Shown here: positions 28,365-37,462 of the stretch, in pieces
How the letters are laid out: each line of letters begins with the position of its first letter
Numbering within the stretch: position 1 is the first letter of the stretch
The notes under the pieces: model-generated
Database searches by the model: none
What the model saw: only the letters and a program-made list of their open reading frames with translations
Told to the model about the DNA's origin: nothing
Assembly (NCBI GenBank): GCA_024398815.1
Contig: JAKSIL010000001.1
Location: forward strand, 23,238-87,237
From: Fibrobacter sp.
GTDB taxonomy: Bacteria > Fibrobacterota > Fibrobacteria > Fibrobacterales > Fibrobacteraceae
Reading direction: 5' to 3'
Length of the DNA: 64,000 nucleotides
Position numbers and translations under genes: made by a program

Positions 28365-29420
28365 ATGAACATGAAAGTTAAAATGGCTATGGGCGTTATC
28401 GTCGCTGCTGCATTGGCCAATGCCGATTGCGGTGGAGATGGCACTGTTAACACTTCTATCTGGTTTGATGGGTCGGATCCCTGGCTGCTAGTCGAAAATC
28501 TTATTCTGTACGACAATGGCGACTGCGAAGAAAATTCTGTGAGTTATTGGTACGACTACGATGACCGTAAGAACGATGATGGCGGTTCCTATGCCCTTTA
28601 TCCGTTTAAAGCCGATGAATACGGTTCTCTCGTTGGCCCGGAAATCGAAAACCTTGGCTATGCGACCATCAAGTACGTCCTTGTCGATCCGACCATTACC
28701 GGTCAGACCGATAAAAATCCGTATAATTTCGTTGGTTTCGGTTTTAATACTACCAGCCATTCTAGCGAATCGTTGAATATTTCAGCCGCTGAAGGTCTTT
28801 GCGCAACCTATACCAGTGATCACGATGTGACTCTCGAAGTTGCTGCAGAAGCTTCTGGCGACGCTTCTTGCTTTGTTACCCTACCCAAGGCTACGGTGCC
28901 GACGATGGTCGACAAGGCTATTGACGACTTCAAGCAGCCGACCTGGGCTTCTGCTGAAAACAAGCTCGCAAGTTGCGCCGATGCTTTCAAGGCGGCCAAG
29001 GCTGTCAAGTTCCAGGTTAACGGGGCCGGTGCCGATTTGACAGGTACGCTCCGTGTTTTCGAAGTCGGCCCGAAGGGCACTTGCACGGGTGAGGGGGCTA
29101 TCAGTCCGAACGAACCTGAGAATAGCGGTTGCAAGTCCGATGGCGATGGCGATGCTGTTTGTGACATTTCCCTTGCCTTTGTGGGTTCTGCTGCGGTTGC
29201 TGCTATTTCCAGCGTGAAGGCCACCCTCTCCGGCCGCACCCTTTCGTTCAGCGGCATCTCCTCTGATGCTTCTTTCGAAATCGTTAGCCTCCAGGGCCAG
29301 GTCGTGAAGAGCGGCAAGATCGCTTCTTCCGTGAGCCTCGCTAGCATCAACGCTGGTGTCTACATGGTCCGCGTTGTGGGCAGGTCTGTCAACATGGCAC
29401 AGAAGATTCTTGTAAAGTAA
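28365..29420 (+). CDS. Secreted CBM11/CIA30-like protein with T9SS-type C-terminal domain, copy 3 (diverged)
   Basis: Same architecture and length (351 aa); diverged N-domain; C-terminal domain protein-identical to copy 2; AGGAGG RBS. Confidence 0.75.
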   Translation: MNMKVKMAMGVIVAAALANADCGGDGTVNTSIWFDGSDPWLLVENLILYDNGDCEENSVSYWYDYDDRKNDDGGSYALYPFKADEYGSLVGPEIENLGYATIKYVLVDPTITGQTDKNPYNFVGFGFNTTSHSSESLNISAAEGLCATYTSDHDVTLEVAAEASGDASCFVTLPKATVPTMVDKAIDDFKQPTWASAENKLASCADAFKAAKAVKFQVNGAGADLTGTLRVFEVGPKGTCTGEGAISPNEPENSGCKSDGDGDAVCDISLAFVGSAAVAAISSVKATLSGRTLSFSGISSDASFEIVSLQGQVVKSGKIASSVSLASINAGVYMVRVVGRSVNMAQKILVK

Positions 29421-29440
29421 TTTTACTCACAAGTTATTGT

Positions 29441-29477
29441 AAAAAAAGGAGTTCCGTATAACGGACCCCCTTTTTTT
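29441..29477 (+). terminator. Intrinsic terminator (imperfect)
   Basis: A-tract GGAGTTCCGT-ATA-ACGGACCCCC T7. Confidence 0.65.
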
Positions 29478-29520
29478 ATATATATTATGTTGACTACGTT
29501 TGGCATATAACGAGGTTTTT

Positions 29521-30930
29521 ATGCGTTTTCAAAAGTTATTACTGGCCTTGCCTTTGGTTTTCGGTTTGATGGCGTGCTCTGAAGATGAAGCGCCTCCTGT
29601 GGCCGCCCCCCCCCAGTCGAGCAACCCGACTCCGGTGGTTGACCCGAACCAGCAGCAACAGCCGATTACGTCTGTCGACAATCCTGTCGCCACTACGGTG
29701 AGCCTGCCCGCCGGTTCCAACCTGGCTTTTGCGACCAATCTGTTTAATACATGGAAGTCTCGCTGGATTATTTCGTTGAAGGACGAAATTAGCGGTGGTT
29801 CTACGCTCGACTACGACATGTACCAGGGCAAGCGCGCACAGGAACTCCTGACGCAGAAGATGGGCAAGTTCCACGACAATCCCCTCCGCGTCATCTGGGA
29901 TGGCGGCAACAGCACGAACTGCGAACTTACGGACATGACGAAATGGGGTTCCGTCTCGTTTACCCCTGCCCTCCGCAAAAAGCTCGGTTGTACCGTTTCC
30001 GAAGGTGTGGGCTACGGCATGCTTATCGCCCTCTTCCACGGTGATAAGGACTTGTTCGACGGCTTGTGGGCCTACAACATCATCGCCCGCGACAACAACA
30101 ACAACGGCCTGATGCCTTGGGAATTGCAGTCCTTCAGCCGCACGGTTTCTACCGCTGCCGCCCTTGACGCCGACCTCGACGTGGCGACCGCCTTGATTCT
30201 TGCTTCGGTCAAGTGGAGTAACCAGCTTTACCTGAACGATGCCTTGGAACTTGTCACGGCTATTTTCAACAAGGGCTTGAATAGCGAAAATCTGCTTATC
30301 CGTCCGGGCGACACCTGGGCCAACAAGGACGTTTACAACCTGAGCTATTTCTCTCCTGTGGCGTTGAAGTTGTTCAATACCGTGATGCCCGGTGTGGGCT
30401 GGGATGCCATTCTTGCCGCGAACTATGAATATATGAAGAACATCCAGGCGGCTGGGGCGATTCCTCTGTTCCCGGACTGGTCCAATGCCGCAGGTCAGCC
30501 GACCGACCCGAAGAACGGTTCTGCCGCCTCTTCTTACATGCTCTTCGATAAGGAATCCGTGCGTATTCCTTGGCGCATGGCCTGGGACATGTACTGGTAC
30601 CAGGATGCCAGCGCCCAGCAGATCTTGACCGGGATGTCCGGCTTTATCGTCCAGGCGACCGGTGGCAATCCGGCTGCCATTTCCACGAATTCCTACAACT
30701 ATAGCACTGGCGCTCTTTCGACAAGCCAGATTGTGGGCGAACATTATACGGGCGCCTATTGCCTGATGGGCATGGGTGTGAATCAGGGTTGGTTCGATAG
30801 TTGCTTTGCTTCATTCAACAATTCCGCTGCAAATTACCAGGCTGTGGGGTATACGGGAACCTACTTCAAGGAAATCCTGATGCTCATGTACAGCACGCTT
30901 ATGAACGGAGGTTTTGTTAAGTTAATGTAA
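29521..30930 (+). CDS. Glycoside hydrolase family 8 lipoprotein
   Basis: Lipobox LMAC; Pro/Gln linker; TVSEGVGYGML, GLMPW, AALDADLDVA, NLSYFSP, VRIPWR. Confidence 0.88.
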   Translation: MRFQKLLLALPLVFGLMACSEDEAPPVAAPPQSSNPTPVVDPNQQQQPITSVDNPVATTVSLPAGSNLAFATNLFNTWKSRWIISLKDEISGGSTLDYDMYQGKRAQELLTQKMGKFHDNPLRVIWDGGNSTNCELTDMTKWGSVSFTPALRKKLGCTVSEGVGYGMLIALFHGDKDLFDGLWAYNIIARDNNNNGLMPWELQSFSRTVSTAAALDADLDVATALILASVKWSNQLYLNDALELVTAIFNKGLNSENLLIRPGDTWANKDVYNLSYFSPVALKLFNTVMPGVGWDAILAANYEYMKNIQAAGAIPLFPDWSNAAGQPTDPKNGSAASSYMLFDKESVRIPWRMAWDMYWYQDASAQQILTGMSGFIVQATGGNPAAISTNSYNYSTGALSTSQIVGEHYTGAYCLMGMGVNQGWFDSCFASFNNSAANYQAVGYTGTYFKEILMLMYSTLMNGGFVKLM

Positions 30931-30956
30931 AATTTCGGGTGCATTTGCTCCATCAA

Positions 30957-30974
30957 GTGTGAACAATATCACAC
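30957..30974. promoter_or_regulatory. CRP-type binding site
   Basis: GTGTGA-ACAATA-TCACAC, a perfect TGTGA-N6-TCACA, ending about 125 bp upstream of the GH5 start. Confidence 0.7.
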
Positions 30975-31099
30975 ATGGGTGGGAAACGGGGCCTTTAGTG
31001 CACTCCTGTAAACAAAAAATAGCCTAGAGGGTAGTTAAAATTGGGATTGGGAAAACTAATTTTAATACTATAAGGATTATTTACTTTGGAGATTAAGCT

Positions 31100-33283
31100 A
31101 TGAAAAAGTTTTTAGCTGCGGCCCTTTTGTCGTGTGCGGTAGCTTTTGCTGCCGATTACAAGCCTATGCGTGTCGGGCCCGTTTCTGCCTATGGCGCTCT
31201 CGGTACGAGCGGTGCCAAAATCGTAAGCCAGAAGGGCGGTCAGCAGGTGATGCTCCGCGGTATGAGCTTATTCTGGTCCGACGCTATCGGTTCGCCCTAC
31301 TACAACGAAAGTGTGATTGCCTGGGCAGCAAAGACCCTTGGCATGGACGTTTTCCGCTTTGCCATGGGCATTCAGTATTATGATAGTGATGGCGGTACTT
31401 CCAACGCCATTGTCACGAACAACTCTTACATGGGTAACCCCTCCGGCAAGGAAGCTCAGCTCGATAAGATGGTCAAGGCCGCCATCGAAAACGATATTTA
31501 TATAATCATCGACTGGCACAGCCACCGTGCCCAGACGGAACAGGCCAAGGCGAAAGATTTCTTCGGCCGTATGGCTGCCAAGTACAAGGATGTCCCGAAT
31601 ATCATTTGGGAAGTCTATAACGAACCGATGGTCGACATGGGTACGATTGCGAGCTATGCGAACGATGTTATCGGCGCCATTCGAAACAACGGCTCCAACA
31701 ACCTCGCCATCGTGGGTACTCCGAACTGGTCCCAGATGGGTTCTTGCAGCGGCGTGAACAGCGCGAACGTCGCCTACGTGTTGCATTTCTATGCCGGTTC
31801 CCATTCCTTGGGCCAGTTCAAGGGCAATATCGAAAACTGCCTGAATGGCGGCAAGGCCGTGTTCATTTCTGAATGGGGTACGACATCTGCCGACGGTAAC
31901 GGCTCCGTGAATACGGGAGAAGCCAGCAACTGGACGGACTACATGGACCAGAAGCGCATCCCGAACTGCAACTGGTCTCTCCGCCACCAGACTGTCGACG
32001 GTGAAACTGAAAACTCCGCTCTCTTCAGCGGCAGCACCGTCTTGAATACTCAGGAAGCTTTGAGCAAGGCTAGCTATTCTACATCTGGTAACTTTGTAAA
32101 GAACTACCTCACTAAGCACAAGGGCGTGTGGGAAGATACCGTGACCGCCGGTGCTCGTAGCGGCTCCTGCGCCTTCAAGCATCAAACTGTTTCTGAACTT
32201 GAACCTTCTGTTTCTGGCGCTGCTGTCGCTAGCTGCACCTACACATCCAGCGATGAATCCGTGGCCGTCATCGAAAATGGCGTCATCACGATTAAGGGTG
32301 CTGGTGTCGCCATCATGGAAGGTAACGACAAGACGAAGACCGTCGTGACCGTGACTCCGACTCCGAGACAGACTATTACTCAGGGCTCCGTGACTTGCCG
32401 CATCAGCGGTACGGGATGCAAGAACTATACGGGCAAGTCCAATATGGAAGTGAAGTTGAACGACAACGTGACTGCTGAAGGCGGTACCGTCACTTATACT
32501 TCCGACAATCCGGACGTGATTTCTGTCGACAAGCAGAATTGCACGAGCTCCGAATGCTACAAGGACAAGGGCAAACAGGTTTGGATTGCCACCTTCAAGA
32601 AAATCGGTTCTGCCAATATTCACGTTACGGCTCCCGCCGTCGCGGGCTACCGCGCTCTGGATACGACTCTCGTGTTCTCTTACCTCAAGAACGCACAGAC
32701 GCTCAATACCAAGTTCTTCAAGGACCAAACCGTCGAAAAGAATTCAACGACGAAGGTGTTTACGCTCGTCGCACACAATGTTCCTGTCACTTACAGGATT
32801 TTGCCTGAAGGCTATGCTACGCAGGATGGCGAAAACTTCGTTGCCGGCGGTACCGATGCAACCGTGCTCGTGCACGCCGAAGCCCCGGAATCCGACGAAT
32901 ACGAAGCCTTTACGGGTGATATCGCCATTGTTATCGGTGCGGGCAATAACGATATCCTTACCCAGGGCATTATCGAGCTTGGTCCTATCGACGAACCTGC
33001 TCCTGAAGATCCGGGTGTCGGCATTATCGCTCAGAAGACTCTCAAGAATACCGGTGTGGATGGGTTTATGCAGGGCAGCAAGCTGGTCTTGGATGTCAAG
33101 CATTCCGGTTTCGTGAAAGTCCAGGTACTCGACATGGCTGGTCGCAACGTGGTCAAGAGCGTTGTCGAATACATGCATGCCGGATACAATACATTGGATT
33201 TGAGGGATGTGGGTCACGGAGTATATATGGTGAATGTTAAACAGTCTTCTATCACGAAGACCATTCCTTGGAGCAACAAGTAA
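31100..33283 (+). CDS. GH5 endoglucanase (subfamily 2-like) with Ig-like modules and T9SS-type C-terminal domain
   Basis: LRGMSLFWS, IIDWHSH, WEVYNEP, LHFYAGSH, FISEWG, NWS; YTSSDESVA / YTSDNPDV Ig-like repeats; CTD. Confidence 0.9.
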   Translation: MKKFLAAALLSCAVAFAADYKPMRVGPVSAYGALGTSGAKIVSQKGGQQVMLRGMSLFWSDAIGSPYYNESVIAWAAKTLGMDVFRFAMGIQYYDSDGGTSNAIVTNNSYMGNPSGKEAQLDKMVKAAIENDIYIIIDWHSHRAQTEQAKAKDFFGRMAAKYKDVPNIIWEVYNEPMVDMGTIASYANDVIGAIRNNGSNNLAIVGTPNWSQMGSCSGVNSANVAYVLHFYAGSHSLGQFKGNIENCLNGGKAVFISEWGTTSADGNGSVNTGEASNWTDYMDQKRIPNCNWSLRHQTVDGETENSALFSGSTVLNTQEALSKASYSTSGNFVKNYLTKHKGVWEDTVTAGARSGSCAFKHQTVSELEPSVSGAAVASCTYTSSDESVAVIENGVITIKGAGVAIMEGNDKTKTVVTVTPTPRQTITQGSVTCRISGTGCKNYTGKSNMEVKLNDNVTAEGGTVTYTSDNPDVISVDKQNCTSSECYKDKGKQVWIATFKKIGSANIHVTAPAVAGYRALDTTLVFSYLKNAQTLNTKFFKDQTVEKNSTTKVFTLVAHNVPVTYRILPEGYATQDGENFVAGGTDATVLVHAEAPESDEYEAFTGDIAIVIGAGNNDILTQGIIELGPIDEPAPEDPGVGIIAQKTLKNTGVDGFMQGSKLVLDVKHSGFVKVQVLDMAGRNVVKSVVEYMHAGYNTLDLRDVGHGVYMVNVKQSSITKTIPWSNK

Positions 33284-35220
33284 TGAAACGTTTAGTTCTC
33301 ATAGGCGCTCTTGCCGCGGCATCGCTTTCGATGGGCGCCGTTAAATTCCCGTACCCGCAGGCGCAGCCTTACGAGCATGCAACCAATATCGCGGACGTAT
33401 GGAATTGCGCTGGCCAGACGGCATCGACGATGCTTCTGAACCAGTTTGAACAGTACCTTAAGGCCTACTACGAAGAAAATGGCGATAAGGCTCGTATCAA
33501 GTTCGACGAAAGCCGCTTGACCGTTTCTGAAGGTATCGGCTATGGCATGATCCTTTGCGTTTACTTCAGTAGCAATAAGAAGAGCTATCAGAGCCAGTTC
33601 GACAAGCTTTGGAATTACTACAAGGCTAATCGCAACGGCAATGGTATCATGAACTGGAAAATCAGCGGATTTGGCGGTGCTGAAGGAACCGGAGGTGCCA
33701 CTGACGCCGAAGAAGATGTCGCCTTTGCGTTGGCCATGGCCTACTACCAGTTTGGCGATTCCAAGTATAAGACTGATGCTGCCGACTTGATTGGAAAAAT
33801 GCGTTCCAGCGAATTTTCCAGTAACGGCATGCACAAGCTCGGAGACCAGTGGGATCCGTACAAGAACCCGAGCTATGTTAGCCCCGCTGCTTACGAAGTA
33901 TACAAGCTCTTCGACAGCAACGCTTCGTTCTGGGATCAGGCTCTTAGCACCAACTACAACCTGCTTTTGAAAAACCGCCATTCCAGCACGGGTATTCCTT
34001 CTGGTTGGGCTGACAACAATTCGTATGCTCCGATTGTAGGTAATAACGGCTACAACTTCGCCGGCTATGACTACGATGCTGTGCGTGCTCCGTGGCGTTG
34101 GGCTTGGAGTTATGCTTGGTATGGTCACAGCCAGGCCAAGGACTTGAGCGAAAAACTTGCCACCTGGGTGAATGGCAAACCGTTTGGTCAGCTCTATATC
34201 AATATGAAGCCCGATGGCACGGCGAACATGAATGGCGAACCTTGTAAGTCGAACGGCTGCAAGGCTAACGGCTCTTCTATCGGTTCGCTTTCCTCTGTGC
34301 TCATGGTAAATGAAAAATACCACGACAAGTTGAACCAAAACTATTCGGCTCTCATGTCGCAGCAGCAAGGCTATTTCCATTCCAACCTGCGCTTGCTCAC
34401 AGGTCTTCTGATGTCCGGTAACTTCCCGAACATGTCGAAGGCGACGCCTGTGGAACCTCAGGGCGATTTCACTGTTCCCGATTCCTGCAATGCAGCTACG
34501 GAATATCACCAGAACTCGGGAGCGTTTGGCTGGACTTCCACTTCCGCAGTGCTTAGCCACGAAGAAAATACCGCTGTCTATATCGGTGAAGTCATTCAGG
34601 GAGACAAGCGCGACGTGATTCGTAAATTCGACGGTCTTACCTCCGGTCAGAAGTACAAGTTCTCGTTTACCGCCCGCCAGACGGAAGGTTCTGCCTTGTG
34701 GATGACCTACGGCGTGTTTGCTGATGAAAATCAGGGCGACAAGTATTGCGGCGCGATGAAGAAGATTGCCTTCGAAAACGATACCGAGACGGAATGCGAA
34801 TTCACGGCAAAGGGTTCTGAAGCCTACTTTACGCTTTCGTTCAACAACTGGGACGAACCGCAAATTTACATCAATCACGTGTCCTTGGTAGGCCCCGACG
34901 GTACTGACGTGGTTTCTTCGCAGGAAAATCCTGCGGTTGAACCTGTTGAACCGGAACCTATCGATGCTATTCACAACTATGGCAAGTTCGATGCCCAGCT
35001 TGGTCTTGTCGTGCTTGACAATGTTGCCTATGTACAGCTTTCCAAGAAGACTTCCGCCCGCGTCAACGTGATGGACATGCAGGGTCGCTCCGTGCTGCCT
35101 ACCGTGACGGTTGAAACTGGAATGGCCGCGATTCCGCTGCATTCCTTGAGCCAGGGCAAGTACATGGTGGTCGTGAAGCAGGGTGCCCAGCACTGGATTA
35201 GGGCTGTGGTCAAGAACTAG
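33283..35220 (+). CDS. GH8 endoglucanase (CelA-like) with a CBM-like module and T9SS-type C-terminal domain
   Basis: TVSEGIGYGM, GATDAEEDVA, NPSY, YDYDAVRAPWR; TAATG stop/start overlap with the upstream GH5. Confidence 0.9.
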   Translation: MKRLVLIGALAAASLSMGAVKFPYPQAQPYEHATNIADVWNCAGQTASTMLLNQFEQYLKAYYEENGDKARIKFDESRLTVSEGIGYGMILCVYFSSNKKSYQSQFDKLWNYYKANRNGNGIMNWKISGFGGAEGTGGATDAEEDVAFALAMAYYQFGDSKYKTDAADLIGKMRSSEFSSNGMHKLGDQWDPYKNPSYVSPAAYEVYKLFDSNASFWDQALSTNYNLLLKNRHSSTGIPSGWADNNSYAPIVGNNGYNFAGYDYDAVRAPWRWAWSYAWYGHSQAKDLSEKLATWVNGKPFGQLYINMKPDGTANMNGEPCKSNGCKANGSSIGSLSSVLMVNEKYHDKLNQNYSALMSQQQGYFHSNLRLLTGLLMSGNFPNMSKATPVEPQGDFTVPDSCNAATEYHQNSGAFGWTSTSAVLSHEENTAVYIGEVIQGDKRDVIRKFDGLTSGQKYKFSFTARQTEGSALWMTYGVFADENQGDKYCGAMKKIAFENDTETECEFTAKGSEAYFTLSFNNWDEPQIYINHVSLVGPDGTDVVSSQENPAVEPVEPEPIDAIHNYGKFDAQLGLVVLDNVAYVQLSKKTSARVNVMDMQGRSVLPTVTVETGMAAIPLHSLSQGKYMVVVKQGAQHWIRAVVKN

Positions 35221-35257
35221 CGTTCGGCAACTTCAGAAATCCAATTTTTATTGCACG

Positions 35258-35291
35258 GGCCATCGGGGTTTTCTCCGATGGTCTTTTTTTT
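35258..35291 (+). terminator. Intrinsic terminator
   Basis: GGCCATCGGGG..CTCCGATGGTC followed by a T-tract. Confidence 0.75.
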
Positions 35292-35319
35292 GTATATTCA
35301 TGCCGAAAAGGAATAGAAA

Positions 35320-36294
35320 ATGAATAGCGTGAATGATTCTACGATAGTGGATGAATCCCTGAATGCGGAGGGAAGTGTCGCTGCGTCGGATAGTGGCTTG
35401 CCGAATGCCGATGGCATGGACGGTGCGGTCGCTGATAGTACTGGTGCTGATGGCGCTGCCGCGAATCCGGTGCCCACAATGCCAACGGCGGAGCAACTTG
35501 GAATTTCCGTGGTGAGCGGGTTCGTGGGCGAGAATGGCGCCCCGCAGCCGATGGCCGTGACGGTCGGCGATACGTTCGACTTCCCGGTGACTGTCAGTTG
35601 GAGCGTGAACGGGAGTGCGCTTTTGGTGCTGCCGACGAGTTCCGCCAATGCGAAAGGTATTACGCAGTTGGGTGTTTCGCAGGAATCGGCCCGCTCGGTG
35701 AAGGACGGCAAGGAAGTCGCGAGCATTACGTTTACGTACAAACTTGTGGCGCAGGATACGGGCGACTTGCATATCCCGGCGATGAAGTTTGAAATCCCGA
35801 CGCAGATGGGAACGCCTATCGAGATGAAGAGCGAAAACGTGCCTGTGCGCGTGGATGCCCCGTTCAATCCGCTGCCGGTGATTGTCGGTGCGGTTGTCGC
35901 GTTGTGCATCGTGTTTGCTGGAATCTGGAGGGCTCGCCGTCGTTCTGCCGCCCGCGCCAGTGCCGTGGCTAGGAACGCCGCCCAGGATGCTCTCCGCGAA
36001 AAGATGGTGGTGCTCAAGCAGCGCATAAATACGGCGGACAGTCGCGAATGGCTCCTGGAACTGGAGAACATCTGCAAGGAGGCGGTGCCCGGGAAGTTCG
36101 TGCCCGCTGGTGAAACTGCTGCTTCGACTAGGACAGCCGCGCCGAATGGGACCGCTGCGGATTCTGACGACGGCTGGGAACCCCTGCTCAAGGAATTTGC
36201 CCATGCCCGCTACGGTGGCGGCAAGCGCGACGCCTTCGAGCTCCGCGAAATCTGGAAAGCCGCCATGAAGCTTTTAGGCGTGGAAGAGGAATAG
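35320..36294 (+). CDS. BatD-like membrane protein
   Basis: VTVGDTF..TFTYKLVAQDTGDLHIPAMKF, a single TM helix, C-terminal ARYGG; lies next to a MoxR ATPase. Confidence 0.6.
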   Translation: MNSVNDSTIVDESLNAEGSVAASDSGLPNADGMDGAVADSTGADGAAANPVPTMPTAEQLGISVVSGFVGENGAPQPMAVTVGDTFDFPVTVSWSVNGSALLVLPTSSANAKGITQLGVSQESARSVKDGKEVASITFTYKLVAQDTGDLHIPAMKFEIPTQMGTPIEMKSENVPVRVDAPFNPLPVIVGAVVALCIVFAGIWRARRRSAARASAVARNAAQDALREKMVVLKQRINTADSREWLLELENICKEAVPGKFVPAGETAASTRTAAPNGTAADSDDGWEPLLKEFAHARYGGGKRDAFELREIWKAAMKLLGVEEE

Positions 36295-36376
36295 GGCGTT
36301 TTGCCCCCTGAAATTGGTTTTTTCAAAGGAAATTTGTTAAATTCAATCTTGGATTTGAAAAAGAGGTAACTCAGAA

Positions 36377-37360
36377 ATGGATATTCAGGAACTTTCGGAA
36401 AAGGTAAAACAGCAGAGTTCTTTCTGCATGAACTTGCTGCGTGAAGTTGAAGATACCGTCATTGGCCAGAAGGCCATGGTGGAAAGTATTTTGACGGGCA
36501 TTCTGGCCGACGGCCACGTGCTTCTGGAAGGTCTTCCGGGTCTTGCCAAGACGACGGCCGTGAAGGCTTTCGCCGACGCCGTCTCGCTCGACTTCAAGCG
36601 CATCCAGTTTACTCCGGACCTTTTGCCGGCCGACCTTCTGGGTACCACGATTTACAACGCCCGCGAGGCGAAGTTCGAAACCCGCAAGGGCCCGCTTTTT
36701 ACGAACCTTGTGCTGGCCGATGAAATCAACCGTGCGCCTTCCAAGGTGCAGAGCGCTCTCCTCGAAGCCATGCAGGAACGCCACATCACGATTGGCGACG
36801 AGACGTTCAAGCTCGACGAACCGTTCCTCGTGCTTGCAACACAGAACCCGATTGAACAGGAAGGTACGTACCCGCTGCCTGAAGCCCAGGTGGACCGTTT
36901 CCTTTTGAAGGTGAAGGTCTCTTACCCGAACAAGGCTGACGAAATGAAGATTCTCGACGCCGTCGCCGGTGCGGGTCTCCGTCAGCCGAACGCTGTTGCA
37001 ACGAAGCAGGATATTCTGAACGCTCGCCAGTTGGTGAAGCAGGTGTACGTGGACGAACGCGTCCGCGAATACATCGTGAACCTGGTACTCGCGACCCGCG
37101 ACCCGGGCAGCATCAAGCGCAGCGACTTGGTCGGCTTCGTGGAAGTCGGCGCTTCTCCGCGTGCGTCCATCGGCCTTGCCCAGGCGGCAAAGGCTCACGC
37201 ATTCATCCAGGGCCGCGCCTACGTGACTCCGGAAGACGTGAAGGCTGTCGCCATGGAAGTGCTCCGCCACCGCGTAATCCTCAGTTACGAAGCCGAAGCG
37301 GAAGAAATCACCGCCGAAACCGTGGTGCAGAAGATTCTCGATTCTGTCGAGGTTCCCTAA
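36377..37360 (+). CDS. moxR: MoxR family AAA+ ATPase
   Basis: HVLLEGLPGLAKT, RIQFTPDLLPAD, LADEINRA, ATQNPIEQEGTYPLPEAQVDRF. Confidence 0.95.
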   Translation: MDIQELSEKVKQQSSFCMNLLREVEDTVIGQKAMVESILTGILADGHVLLEGLPGLAKTTAVKAFADAVSLDFKRIQFTPDLLPADLLGTTIYNAREAKFETRKGPLFTNLVLADEINRAPSKVQSALLEAMQERHITIGDETFKLDEPFLVLATQNPIEQEGTYPLPEAQVDRFLLKVKVSYPNKADEMKILDAVAGAGLRQPNAVATKQDILNARQLVKQVYVDERVREYIVNLVLATRDPGSIKRSDLVGFVEVGASPRASIGLAQAAKAHAFIQGRAYVTPEDVKAVAMEVLRHRVILSYEAEAEEITAETVVQKILDSVEVP

Positions 37361-37417
37361 AGGCAAGTGTCGCGGTGTGGCATGTGCCGCGAACAGTTGC
37401 GCAAATTTACTGACAAG

Positions 37418-37444
37418 AAAGGCCCGCTCAAAGCGGGTCTTTTT
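37418..37444. terminator. Bidirectional intrinsic terminator
   Basis: AAAGGCCCGCT-CAA-AGCGGGTCTTTTT between convergent genes. Confidence 0.75.
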
Positions 37445-37462
37445 ATGTTGAAACGCTTTTTG

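Noticed and set aside
25993-29420. Diversity-generating retroelement or invertible shufflon
   Set aside because: No reverse transcriptase or recombinase, differences are not adenine-specific, and all copies are full direct-orientation genes.
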